Counted from the stretch's first letter, positions 50,285-59,450 are shown. The stretch is 64,000 bases of DNA from an uncultured Bacteroidales bacterium (GCA_963813405.1 CAWEYU010000005.1:136436-200435), one strand, 5' to 3'. Numbers and translations are program-made. Notes: generated from the sequence alone by a model not told the origin.

Positions 50285-51361
50285 GTGAAACTCTGTATAT
50301 TACTCCGTGTGACTCCGTGGTTAATTCTAATCCCACTTTATAATCTGTGCTCAGGTCAGAACAAGGATGGAGTCGAAGAGACCTTCACAAATCCTATATT
50401 TACTTCCGGAGCTGATCCCTGGGTAACTCAGAAGGATGGATATTATTACTATTCAGGCAGTTCAGGAGGCAGGCTTGTCATCAGAAAAGCAAAATCCCTG
50501 GTGGAATTGAAATCATCTGTCGCGATAACAGCCTGGATACCACCGACCGGAACTTCATATTCAAAAGAATTGTGGGCTCCGGAGCTGCACTATGTCCGGG
50601 GGAAATGGTATTTGTATTTTGCTGCTGATGACGGAAGTAATAAAAATCACAGGATGTACGTGCTCGAAAATCCTTCACCTGATCCGACGGAAGGAACCTG
50701 GGAATTCAAAGGGAAGGCCGCAGACCCTACTGATAAATGGGCAATTGATGGTTCTGTATTTGAATATTCGGGTAAATTGTACATGATCTGGTCTGGTTGG
50801 GAAGGAGATGTCAATGGTCAGCAAAACATATATATTGCATTAATGAAAAATCCCTGGACTATCGATGGTGCAAGAGTAAGAATATCTGCCCCGGAGTATG
50901 ACTGGGAGACCATAGGCGACCTTAATAATCCAAATGATGTTCCTCATGTGAATGTCAATGAAGGACCCGTGGCACTTATTCACGAAAACAGACTTTTTAT
51001 CACCTATTCTGCCAGTGGCTGCTGGACAGATAACTACTGCCTCGGTATGTTGACTTTTACCGGGAGTAATAATCTTCTGGATCCGGCAGGGTGGAAAAAA
51101 TCAGCCAGTCCTGTTTTCAAGCAAAAACCGGAATCGGGAGTGTATGCCCCGGGGCATAATTCTTTTTTCATTTCCCCTGACGGTAAGGAAAACTGGATAC
51201 TTTACCACGCAAATGCAGCGTCCGGGCAAGGCTGTGGCAGATTCCGTTCACCAAGAGCACAGATGTTTACCTGGCATAAGGACGGGAGCCCTGATTTTGG
51301 TGAACCACTGAAAACGGATGTTCCGGTAAAGATTCCATCAGAAAGGAATCAGAAAAAATAA
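50285..51361 (+). CDS. GH43 family glycoside hydrolase (exo-arabinofuranosidase-like)
   Basis: 358 aa with FTNPIFTSGADPWVTQKDGYYYYSG, LWAPELHYVRGKWYLYFAA and NEGPVALIH. There is no in-frame ATG near the 5' end, so the start must be GTG (50285 or 50309). Confidence 0.8.
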   Translation: MKLCILLRVTPWLILIPLYNLCSGQNKDGVEETFTNPIFTSGADPWVTQKDGYYYYSGSSGGRLVIRKAKSLVELKSSVAITAWIPPTGTSYSKELWAPELHYVRGKWYLYFAADDGSNKNHRMYVLENPSPDPTEGTWEFKGKAADPTDKWAIDGSVFEYSGKLYMIWSGWEGDVNGQQNIYIALMKNPWTIDGARVRISAPEYDWETIGDLNNPNDVPHVNVNEGPVALIHENRLFITYSASGCWTDNYCLGMLTFTGSNNLLDPAGWKKSASPVFKQKPESGVYAPGHNSFFISPDGKENWILYHANAASGQGCGRFRSPRAQMFTWHKDGSPDFGEPLKTDVPVKIPSERNQKK

Positions 51362-51390
51362 AATTGTGTAAATTGGCAAACAAAAAGTAT

Positions 51391-52002
51391 ATGAAACGTT
51401 TAATTGTAATTATCATGGTATTGACAAGCATCCCCGGATTATCTGGCAATAGCCAAACGGATCCTTCAAAATGGAATTCAGAGCAACTTAACTCCTGGTT
51501 TACAAAAGGCGACTGGCACAAAGCATGGGCGGTTACACCCGATCCATCAACAGACAAAATGGCGCTTGCAAAAGCTTATTTCAAAAATCCTGACAGATGG
51601 AATAAAGCATTTGCTTTCCTGAAAGAAACGGACCTCAAAAAACTTGAGCTTAAGCGATATGATATTGACGGTGATAACCTTTACATCATTATAAGCGAGT
51701 ATAATTCGAAAGATCCAAAAACGACAAGATATGAGGCGCATAAAAAATATATCGACATTCAGTATGTCGTAAGCGGGAACGAACTGGAAGGTGTTGCGCC
51801 TCTCACATCACAGGAATCAGTACTTCAGCAATATGACGCTGCAAAAGATATTGAATTTCTTTCTGTTAAGAATGGCAAAATGATTTCAGCAACACCGGCA
51901 GGATTCTTCGTTTTCTTTCCTTCAGATGCTCATATGCCAGGGTTGATGAATAAGACCAGTGTACCTGTCAGAAAAGCTGTCGTCAAAATAAAAATTGATT
52001 GA
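51391..52002 (+). CDS. YhcH/YjgK/YiaL (DUF386) family protein, secreted
   Basis: About 203 aa from ATG 51391 (MKRLIVIIMVLTS...); the track ORF starts at TTG 51364. The beta-sandwich family pattern is RYEAHKKYIDIQYVVSGNE...FFVFFPSDAHMPG. Confidence 0.7.
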   Translation: MKRLIVIIMVLTSIPGLSGNSQTDPSKWNSEQLNSWFTKGDWHKAWAVTPDPSTDKMALAKAYFKNPDRWNKAFAFLKETDLKKLELKRYDIDGDNLYIIISEYNSKDPKTTRYEAHKKYIDIQYVVSGNELEGVAPLTSQESVLQQYDAAKDIEFLSVKNGKMISATPAGFFVFFPSDAHMPGLMNKTSVPVRKAVVKIKID

Positions 52003-52613
52003 TGACAGAGTTCTTTCATTCTCTTTTCGACTGGTACATGGCCAACTTGAATTATTTCACGGTTGCCCTGTTAATGGCCATCGAAAGCACTTTCCTTCCA
52101 TTGCCCTCAGAAGTTGTGATACCGTTTGCTGCCTACAAGGCAGCTCAGGGTCAGCTAAATGTCTTTGGAGTTGTGATATTCGGTACAGTTGGAGCTCTGT
52201 GCGGTTCTCTGATTAATTATTTCCTTGCCAGGTATCTTGGCAGGCCGATTGTCTATAAGTTTGCCGGATCGGGATTAGGGAGGGTGTTTCTTTTGTCAAA
52301 GGAAAAAATAGAACACGCTGAAAGTTTCTTTATCAGGAACGGAAAGACGTCAACATTTATTGGCAGACTGGTTCCGGGTATCAGGCATCTTATTTCTATT
52401 CCGGCAGGCCTTGCAAAAATGAACCTGCGTGATTTTATGCTGTTCACCTTTGTCGGAGCAGGTATCTGGAATATTATTCTGGCTATAATAGGATTTTATC
52501 TTTATGATATACGCGAACAGATATACCCGTATCTGGGATATATACTTATAGGTCTGGGAGTGGGTTTCACAATTTACCTGGTAATTAAAGCTAAAAAGAA
52601 TAAGAAAGAATAG
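51999..52613 (+). CDS. DedA family inner membrane protein
   Basis: 204 aa with the conserved DedA/SNARE-associated pattern (ESTFLPLPSEVVIPFAAY...FIGRLVPGIRHLISIPAG). It overlaps the upstream gene by 4 nt. Confidence 0.85.
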   Translation: MMTEFFHSLFDWYMANLNYFTVALLMAIESTFLPLPSEVVIPFAAYKAAQGQLNVFGVVIFGTVGALCGSLINYFLARYLGRPIVYKFAGSGLGRVFLLSKEKIEHAESFFIRNGKTSTFIGRLVPGIRHLISIPAGLAKMNLRDFMLFTFVGAGIWNIILAIIGFYLYDIREQIYPYLGYILIGLGVGFTIYLVIKAKKNKKE

Positions 52614-52628
52614 CCAGAAATCCTTTTA

Positions 52629-53000
52629 CTATTTTAGTTCCTCATCCCTGTTTACGGTTTCCGGAGAGAACGCCGGAGCACAAATTGCTATGTATTCAGC
52701 TCCTCCTTTGAAAGGGGAGCTATACTGAACCCATTCGCCCTTAATGGTCAGGATCCCCATTCCTTCGGTAACCATAAATTCATCCTCGATTGTTCTGACC
52801 AGAAGAGTTCCCTTCAAAACAACTGTATATTCATTAAATTCAGGACATTGACCTGGTTCTTTCCAATCTTCAGGACTCTTCATTATCGCTATACTTATCT
52901 CTGAAGTATTGCTGTTAACCCTGCCAAAAAACTCCTTAATGATTTTTTCCTTGTTACCTGCGGCTTTAATTACCGAGGGATTTTTGATAAGCTGTGCCAT
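52629..53000 (-). CDS. Cupin domain protein
   Basis: 123 aa small beta-barrel protein. The cupin-like pattern is EYTVVLKGTLLVRTIEDEFMVTEGMGILTIKGEWVQY. Confidence 0.6.
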   Translation of the reverse strand: MAQLIKNPSVIKAAGNKEKIIKEFFGRVNSNTSEISIAIMKSPEDWKEPGQCPEFNEYTVVLKGTLLVRTIEDEFMVTEGMGILTIKGEWVQYSSPFKGGAEYIAICAPAFSPETVNRDEELK

Positions 53001-53016
53001 ATAGTGGTTTAGTTTT

Positions 53017-53273
53017 GCTAATTAACTCAAGTTGATAATTAATATTTTAGTTCAAATAAATTGCATTCTCCTTAGATATCTTCAGAACCCATCCCCCCAT
53101 CCCCCTTCCCTTAAGGTTAAGGGAAGGGGGTGTAAACCAATGATTATTAATTAGATCTCCCTTCCCTTATGCTTAAGGGAAGGGTTGGGGATGGGTTAAG
53201 AAATATTTAAGGGAAGAGATTATCATAGTCCAAATTATAATAAATTTTAAAACAAGCAACTTAAGTTAATTAA
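53017..53273 (-). mobile_element. R3: MITE-like palindromic element, copy 2 (inverted relative to copy 1)
   Basis: Its reverse complement aligns over ~256 bp with 43391..43646, with only scattered mismatches and one small indel. It has the same two GC hairpins and the same terminal inverted repeats. Confidence 0.6.
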
Positions 53274-53331
53274 ACATTAATCTTCCAGGTATCCGAATTT
53301 TCCGCTCTAAAAATAGTTATAAGCCTTCTGA

Positions 53332-53898
53332 TCAGGCATTCTGTTTTATTGGGACACATTTAAGGTATCTTTTTTCTTCACCGATTATTATCCAGACAGC
53401 TGACCTCTGGATTTTCTCTTTTGACTCCGATCTGGGCTGATGTCCATCCTCTATTATCAGGATACCATCCTTTTTTGTAATGCGGCAAAGTTCCTTTAAA
53501 AAGAGATCTGTCTCTTTTACCATATGGAACATGTCAAGGGCATAAATCAGATCAGCCGTATCATTGGGAATAGATGAACTTTTGCCGTCTGTGAGTACAG
53601 TTTTTACGTTTAAAAGGTTTTTCTTCGTTATCAGTTTTTCAACAGAAGCTATAGCCATCTCATGAACATCTGCTGCATAAACCGTACCTTTCTCGCCGAC
53701 CAGGGCTGAAGCAGCTGGTAAACAGGCACCGGGTCCACAACCATAGTCAATAACAGTACTTCCCGGTTTGATTCCAAATTCCTTCAAATATTTGTCTGCC
53801 GGTTTAAAGAAGTAAAAGATCTTAAAGAATATTTTCATCATTCTGAAGGCAAAGTCAGGCATTCTATCTATCTCGTTACCAAGTAGTTTGTTTTTCAT
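53332..53898 (-). CDS. Class I SAM-dependent methyltransferase
   Basis: 188 aa with SAM-binding motif VIDYGCGPGACL and downstream acidic loop YAADV. Confidence 0.8.
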   Translation of the reverse strand: MKNKLLGNEIDRMPDFAFRMMKIFFKIFYFFKPADKYLKEFGIKPGSTVIDYGCGPGACLPAASALVGEKGTVYAADVHEMAIASVEKLITKKNLLNVKTVLTDGKSSSIPNDTADLIYALDMFHMVKETDLFLKELCRITKKDGILIIEDGHQPRSESKEKIQRSAVWIIIGEEKRYLKCVPIKQNA

Positions 53899-53901
53899 AG
53901 T

Positions 53902-54732
53902 TTAACTTTTATTGTTTTCAGGCAATGAATATGCTATAGCTTTAACCCTCTGTGCCCACTCAGAGTGGGCAAGTTCTCCGGTGAGGGACTGATATTTAAT
54001 AGGTTTGCCAATATATAAAATGGCTTTGGAGTCTCTTTTTTTCAGCATTTCATGGGGAAGTAATAAACTCTCCACATACATTTTAATCCCAAGAAATTTT
54101 CTGATGTTAGCAACTATATAAAAGAGATTTGAATTTCTTCCTGCAACGAACACCGGAATTATATCTCTCCTGTGTTCAATTGCTTTTGAGATAAAAGATT
54201 TCTGCCATGTGAGGTCAGAAATAACCCCATTCTTTCGTCTTGATACCTCCCCGGCAGGAAATATCATTATCTGGGCTTCAGAATCAAATACCCTATTCAG
54301 TTTAATTGCTTTTTCCCTGTTGGTTTTTCCAAATACATTTACTCCGACCATCAAAGGCTGAATGTTCGGAACTATTTCAAAAAGCTCATTCGCCGGAGAT
54401 TTTATATCAGGAAAATGCCGGTATATCAAACTGAAGAGAGCAAGGGCATCAATACCTCCTAACGGATGGTTTGATGAGAAAATAAAACGTCCCGAAGCCG
54501 GAATGTTATCCTCACCAATAAATTCAACGGCGACATTCCAGTCATTTAAAATACCATTAAGGAAGGGCACTCCACTCTTCTCGCGATTATTATAAATTAC
54601 TTTGTTTATCTCATCCTGCCGGACAATTTTAATAATTAACCTGACAACAAACCGCGGGAGTGATTTGAAAAACCGGGAATTACTGTTCCGGATAGCCTTT
54701 TCAATATCGATTACTTTATTGTTCTCGTCCAT
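53902..54732 (-). CDS. Lysophospholipid (PlsC-family) acyltransferase
   Basis: 276 aa with the catalytic-block-like SSNHPLGGIDA and the later IFPAGEVSR motif typical of glycerolipid/aminolipid O-acyltransferases. Confidence 0.7.
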   Translation of the reverse strand: MDENNKVIDIEKAIRNSNSRFFKSLPRFVVRLIIKIVRQDEINKVIYNNREKSGVPFLNGILNDWNVAVEFIGEDNIPASGRFIFSSNHPLGGIDALALFSLIYRHFPDIKSPANELFEIVPNIQPLMVGVNVFGKTNREKAIKLNRVFDSEAQIMIFPAGEVSRRKNGVISDLTWQKSFISKAIEHRRDIIPVFVAGRNSNLFYIVANIRKFLGIKMYVESLLLPHEMLKKRDSKAILYIGKPIKYQSLTGELAHSEWAQRVKAIAYSLPENNKS

Positions 54733-54740
54733 CTACGGAA

Positions 54741-55457
54741 CTATTCTTTAGTCTTACTTTTTTGTCCGACAGGACATACTGCAACACATATTCCACATAC
54801 CCTTGCGTCAAGGCCAAGTCTTGTTTTTCCAAATTCAGCGCACTGTTTGCGACATTTCCATGGATCAAAAAAGTCCTCTCTTTTAACATTTATATCCCAC
54901 AGAACGCCATTTGCAGCTTTGGCAGGGCAGATTTCAACGCAGATATTACATGTTCCGCATCGGCTCCGGTTAATGGGTTTTGATACAGGAATAACCTTCG
55001 ATTTTAGAAGTATAGAAACAAGACGGAGTCTGGGTCCGATCTTTTTTGAAATAAAAAGATCTGTTTTCCCGATCCAGCCCAATCCGGCACGTGTTGCCAC
55101 CATTTTGTGCGAAAGATCGGTCCTCAATGTTTTGGAATATGTAGTATCCAGATCATTTGTAGTGACGGTAGGTTCAATATTCATAGATTCTATCCCTTTA
55201 TCATTCAGATCTTTGGAAATATTATTTGTAAGTTGGGCCAGGTCGGTATTAATTTGTTTGTAGTGTGTGTAATATTCTATTGTTGGTCCGTCAACAATGG
55301 GATCAACCTTACTATTGGTGAGTTTTTTACCAATAGAGATACCATAGCGGAATTCTTCAAACTTTTTATCGAGAAGACCAGTCAGATCTGCAAATCCGTA
55401 AATGTAATCCTGTTCAGGATTGAGGTGTTTCTTAAGAATTTCTTCAATCATTGCCAC
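54741..55457 (-). CDS. 4Fe-4S double-cluster protein related to epoxyqueuosine reductase (QueG) / reductive dehalogenase C-terminal module
   Basis: 238 aa with SHKMVATRAGLGWIGKTDLFI plus two ferredoxin motifs, CGTCNICVEICP and CGICVAVCP. It is shorter than canonical QueG. Confidence 0.6.
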   Translation of the reverse strand: MAMIEEILKKHLNPEQDYIYGFADLTGLLDKKFEEFRYGISIGKKLTNSKVDPIVDGPTIEYYTHYKQINTDLAQLTNNISKDLNDKGIESMNIEPTVTTNDLDTTYSKTLRTDLSHKMVATRAGLGWIGKTDLFISKKIGPRLRLVSILLKSKVIPVSKPINRSRCGTCNICVEICPAKAANGVLWDINVKREDFFDPWKCRKQCAEFGKTRLGLDARVCGICVAVCPVGQKSKTKE

Positions 55458-55460
55458 AAA

Positions 55461-56312
55461 TTATTTAATCTGCAACACTCCCTGCAGCCATTTTTCAGCC
55501 AGGAGAGGCCATGTATCAGGGGCAGGTTTTCCGGGTCGAAGACCATACCCATGTCCTCCTGCAGGTAAGAGATGGAGCTCAACAGGAAGTTTGGCGTCTC
55601 TTAATGCACTTGCCATAACCAGAGCGCTGTTTCCGTAAGGGTCATCAGCAGTTTGAAATATGAATATAGGGGGTGTCGATTTTGTCAGTTCCAGTTCAGG
55701 AGTGAGTGTCTTATTCGGACCCTGATCGAGATATGCCGGATAGATCAGCAGGGCAAAGGAAGGCCGGCATGATAAACTATCAGACTTATCGACCGGCTGA
55801 TAAGTTCTATTATTAAAAAGAGTACTGGTCCGGGCACTCAGGCTTCCTCCGGCTGAGAAACCCATTATACCGGTCTTCTCAGGATCAATATTCCATTTTG
55901 AAGCATTATTCCGAACGATCCTTATCGCCCTCTGGGCATCCTGCAACGCGCCCTCTTTCTTATCGGGGATTCTGTATTGCAGTACAAATGCGGAATATCC
56001 AAGCCTGTTGAGCCATTCGGCAATTTCGGTACCTTCTTTATCATATGCCAGAATTCTGTAAGCACCTCCGGGGCATACTATAACTGCACATCTGTTGCTT
56101 TTAGATGGATCGGCCGGATAAATCTCAATAGCAGGATTTGTCACCTCTGTAAATCTTAACACGTTGTCATTTTTTGGTGCATCTTTAACAGGAAGCTGCT
56201 TCTCCTTTGTTTCCCCGGGGACTTTACCAGGCCACAAATAGATAATTTCTTTTTTTTGCGCGAAAGAAATGAGCGATATCAAAATAAATAAAAATGTAAA
56301 TAAGGGTTTCAT
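55461..56312 (-). CDS. Secreted alpha/beta-hydrolase (esterase)
   Basis: 283 aa with a signal peptide. It has the oxyanion region VIVCPGGAY, the nucleophile elbow GFSAGGSL and a C-terminal GGHGY. Confidence 0.75.
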   Translation of the reverse strand: MKPLFTFLFILISLISFAQKKEIIYLWPGKVPGETKEKQLPVKDAPKNDNVLRFTEVTNPAIEIYPADPSKSNRCAVIVCPGGAYRILAYDKEGTEIAEWLNRLGYSAFVLQYRIPDKKEGALQDAQRAIRIVRNNASKWNIDPEKTGIMGFSAGGSLSARTSTLFNNRTYQPVDKSDSLSCRPSFALLIYPAYLDQGPNKTLTPELELTKSTPPIFIFQTADDPYGNSALVMASALRDAKLPVELHLLPAGGHGYGLRPGKPAPDTWPLLAEKWLQGVLQIK

Positions 56313-56386
56313 ATAATATTTTTTAATGGTTTGAAAGTTGTTAATTCCCTGGTGGTTTATATTTAGTGTTCAGTTATCAGGTAATC

Positions 56387-57871
56387 TCAGCATGTTAAAA
56401 ATTTCTGTTTTTCATTTTTACAGATCATTTGAATAGCCCATTTGCCTGATTGCCCCGATGGTGGAAGGCCTCCTCCCGGGAAAAGCCACTGACCTGCCAT
56501 ATAAAAGCGCTTTAGTCCGGGCAGAGTTGCCTTCAGATTCGAATTCAGGTTTCTGCTTGTTGGCAGAAAACCCTCATAAGCGCCTTTCCATACGCCAGTG
56601 TGTCTGACACCTGTTAATGGAGTGGCAACGTCAACAATTTCTATGTTTTCTGTGATGCCTGGAAAATGTCTTTCCAGAATCAGACCAGCCTCTTTTTTGA
56701 TCAGCTGTTTTTCCTTCTCATATAATTCACTCTCAAGTGTTTTCCATAATTTCCATGGAGTGACAAATCTTATCACAATAACAGTTTTTCCTGCAGGAGC
56801 CATAGTGGGATCAAAATTGTAATTCATTATTGAATAGCCATGATTAAGTTTCGTCATCCCGATCTTTATATTTTTTACCAGCCAGGTCTGAACAGAATAA
56901 TCTGATTTTATTTCTTTATTAACTCCAAAAGAAACCTGAACGATAGGACTGAACACCTCCCATGATTTATATGCATGTGAAATACTATCACTTAAAAATT
57001 TGCCCCCAAGCATATCGTAAATAGTTGTATGGCCATCAGCTGCACTTATTACATAGTCCGACATAATATTCACATTGTCTGATAATTTGACTCCAACAGC
57101 TGTATTATTTTCTACAATTATTTTGTCCACCTTCCTTCCGGTTGAAAGAGTTCCTCCCAGTCCAAGAAATTTTTCGGTCATCCGTTTTGCCAGGGGTAAA
57201 GAACCTCCGATGACATAACCGGCATTTTTTTGATTGAACCAGGCAAGCATCATTATAAATGCGAGGGCTGAATAATCCCTGGTACCGTAGAGGTTGGAAA
57301 AAAAGTATTTCAATGTCGGGTTTTTAAAATTCAGCTTTTCAAAATACTGTATGCAGGTCTTTCTTCCAAATTTCAGATATAGCATTATTACAGGAAAATT
57401 ATGGATTAGCTGGCGGATATTGTCCAAAATTTTCCTGCTCCGCGGTTCATCTGTGAAAGGTCTGACAAAAGATGATTTTCTCATATCGTTGCACATTTTC
57501 CTGATGCTTTTTGCATCTTCCGGAGCAATCTGCAAAAGATATCCTTTCCACTTTTCCAGATCGGTATAGAGATTAAACTCAGTGCCATCTTCTGAGAACA
57601 TTTTTGTATGTATCTCGTGGTTAATTATTTTGACCTGATCGTTAAGAGCATTTGTCTCGAGCCAGAGATCATGAAATGGACCCGTCCTGGTCCCGACAAG
57701 CCAGCGAAGGCAATAATCAAAACGGTATCCTTTCCTTTCCCATGCGGTACATTGACCTCCGGTTCTGGAGTGCATTTCAAGGATCTCGGTCTCGAATCCG
57801 TTCAGTCGCCCATATATTCCTGCTGACAGCCCGGCAATACCACCACCTATTATGATGAGTTTTTTACTCAT
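56387..57871 (-). CDS. NAD(P)/FAD-dependent oxidoreductase, CrtI/phytoene desaturase-like
   Basis: 494 aa with an N-terminal Rossmann motif LIIIGGGIAGLSAGIYGRLNGFETEILEMHSRTGG. It is a distant paralogue of 4947..6404. Confidence 0.8.
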   Translation of the reverse strand: MSKKLIIIGGGIAGLSAGIYGRLNGFETEILEMHSRTGGQCTAWERKGYRFDYCLRWLVGTRTGPFHDLWLETNALNDQVKIINHEIHTKMFSEDGTEFNLYTDLEKWKGYLLQIAPEDAKSIRKMCNDMRKSSFVRPFTDEPRSRKILDNIRQLIHNFPVIMLYLKFGRKTCIQYFEKLNFKNPTLKYFFSNLYGTRDYSALAFIMMLAWFNQKNAGYVIGGSLPLAKRMTEKFLGLGGTLSTGRKVDKIIVENNTAVGVKLSDNVNIMSDYVISAADGHTTIYDMLGGKFLSDSISHAYKSWEVFSPIVQVSFGVNKEIKSDYSVQTWLVKNIKIGMTKLNHGYSIMNYNFDPTMAPAGKTVIVIRFVTPWKLWKTLESELYEKEKQLIKKEAGLILERHFPGITENIEIVDVATPLTGVRHTGVWKGAYEGFLPTSRNLNSNLKATLPGLKRFYMAGQWLFPGGGLPPSGQSGKWAIQMICKNEKQKFLTC

Positions 57872-58224
57872 TCCACAATTTCTGCTTTATCGAATCTGGT
57901 ACTATTAATATTTACCCGTGTTTGCCCTACTCTCTTTACTCCCTTGCCACCGAAGAATCCCCAGCCGCCACTTCCCAGCAGGAATCCCAGTGCATATAAA
58001 CCACCATTATTATTTTGGGCATACATAGTGATCTTTTCGTTGAAAAGCATACCAATGAAATCGAATGGGGCAATGAATCCATGCCATAATCCACCAAAGA
58101 AACCATAAGTATGTCCTGTAAGGCACTGTTTGACGGATTCATTATTAGCACATCCGGAAAAAATAATAACAGATAATAGAAGAATTGTTATCAGCAGACG
58201 TCTTTTGGAAATAAATGCTTTCAT
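57868..58224 (-). CDS. Small lipoprotein, Gly-rich, function unknown
   Basis: 118 aa with lipobox IIFSGC and Gly/aromatic-rich segments (GFFGGLWHGF, GSGGWGFFGG). It overlaps the downstream oxidoreductase by 4 nt. Confidence 0.55.
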   Translation of the reverse strand: MKAFISKRRLLITILLLSVIIFSGCANNESVKQCLTGHTYGFFGGLWHGFIAPFDFIGMLFNEKITMYAQNNNGGLYALGFLLGSGGWGFFGGKGVKRVGQTRVNINSTRFDKAEIVE

Positions 58225-58261
58225 TGTTCAAAGGTTAAATTAATAATTTAATGATACTGTA

Positions 58262-58792
58262 TCAGAATAGAGAAAGGTCAAAAGCCTTTCCTGAATGTTT
58301 TTTTTCATGATCAAGAAGCCATTTTTTCCTTTCTAATCCACCACCATAACCTGTCAGATGTCCGTCAGATCCAATTACCCTGTGGCACGGTATTATTATC
58401 GCAACCCGGTTCATTCCGTTTGCATTTGCCACGGCACGTATTGATTCAGGTTTCCCCAGAGCAATTGCCTGTTCAAGATATGTTCGGGTAGTCCCATAAG
58501 GAATATTTATAAGCTCCTTCCATACAGATTGCTGAAAATCTGAACCCGGTGTTAAAAGTGGCAGCGAAAACTCTTTCCGTCTTCCTTCGAAATACTCTCT
58601 CAGCTGTGTCATAAGAGTTTTGAAATGCCTGCTATCTCCTTCTTCAATGGTTGTATTGAAATACCTTGCAAGATCTTTATATTCAGCTTTAAGCATTCTT
58701 CTGTCGCTGAATTCCAAAAGACAAATTCCCTCCTCGACGGCGCCTGCTATCATTATCCCAAGTTCAGTATCAATTTTAGTTGTGGTTATCAT
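58262..58792 (-). CDS. ogt: Methylated-DNA--protein-cysteine methyltransferase
   Basis: 176 aa with active-site motif IPCHRVIG and upstream YGTTRTY. Confidence 0.9.
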   Translation of the reverse strand: MITTTKIDTELGIMIAGAVEEGICLLEFSDRRMLKAEYKDLARYFNTTIEEGDSRHFKTLMTQLREYFEGRRKEFSLPLLTPGSDFQQSVWKELINIPYGTTRTYLEQAIALGKPESIRAVANANGMNRVAIIIPCHRVIGSDGHLTGYGGGLERKKWLLDHEKKHSGKAFDLSLF

Positions 58793-58814
58793 TTCAGGAT
58801 CATTGTGAAGAACG

Positions 58815-59222
58815 TCAATGCCCTGACTTTATGAATCTTACATTCCTGAATCTCAAGGCGGACCAGTCAAGGTCAAGTGAAACCAGTCTGACCTTATCCA
58901 GTCCGCGATCAGTTAAGATTTCCCAGCCATGATCCCGGTCAATATCGGATTTAAGTTTCTTTGACCCCTTTTTGGGATATGCAAACCAGAGTATCCCATC
59001 GGATATCAGATTATGAATGGCCTTTGGAGCCAGCAATTCCACTTCACTGACTAATCTGACGAAAAGGATCAGGAATTCATATGGGAACCGCTGATCAATC
59101 TCTTTATCTATCTGGACCCCTTCAAGACTCTTGGTAAAAAAATTTATGAAATATTCAGGAGCATTAATTATTGCAATCCTTTTTTGTCCTTTATAATTAA
59201 GTTTTGCTATTAAAGCATCCAT
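58815..59222 (-). CDS. Hypothetical cytoplasmic protein (DUF3052-like by impression)
   Basis: 135 aa, coding-like with no TM segments. The family assignment is from memory of the N-terminal pattern only. Confidence 0.45.
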   Translation of the reverse strand: MDALIAKLNYKGQKRIAIINAPEYFINFFTKSLEGVQIDKEIDQRFPYEFLILFVRLVSEVELLAPKAIHNLISDGILWFAYPKKGSKKLKSDIDRDHGWEILTDRGLDKVRLVSLDLDWSALRFRNVRFIKSGH

Positions 59223-59317
59223 TACCCAGCGCGCTTCTCATTTAAGTAGCAAATTTACCAAAAATTCCTACATAGCGTAAAAACTTGTTTATAATGGGTT
59301 GATTAAAGAAAAACGAT

Positions 59318-59325
59318 TACCTTTG
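59318..59325 (+). promoter_or_regulatory. Candidate -7 promoter box (TACCTTTG) driving the TPP riboswitch leader
   Basis: Matches TAnnTTTG about 10 nt upstream of the first riboswitch helix. Confidence 0.4.
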
Positions 59326-59332
59326 TATAATC

Positions 59333-59412
59333 AAAAATGGGGTGCCTTAATACAACGGGCTGAGATCATACCCTTAAACCTGATCCGGGTAATGCCGGCG
59401 TAGGGAAACAAG
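59333..59412 (+). promoter_or_regulatory. TPP (THI-box) riboswitch
   Basis: GGGGTGCC...GGGCTGAGATCATACCCTTAAACCTGATCCGGGTAATGCCGGCGTAGGGAA contains the invariant CUGAGA, ACCUGAUC, UAAUGCC and GCGUAGGGA blocks of the THI element. It lies about 40 nt upstream of a TonB-dependent receptor gene. Confidence 0.92.
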
Positions 59413-59450
59413 AGTATCATTTAATTCAGCTTCCACAACCACCTCAGATT

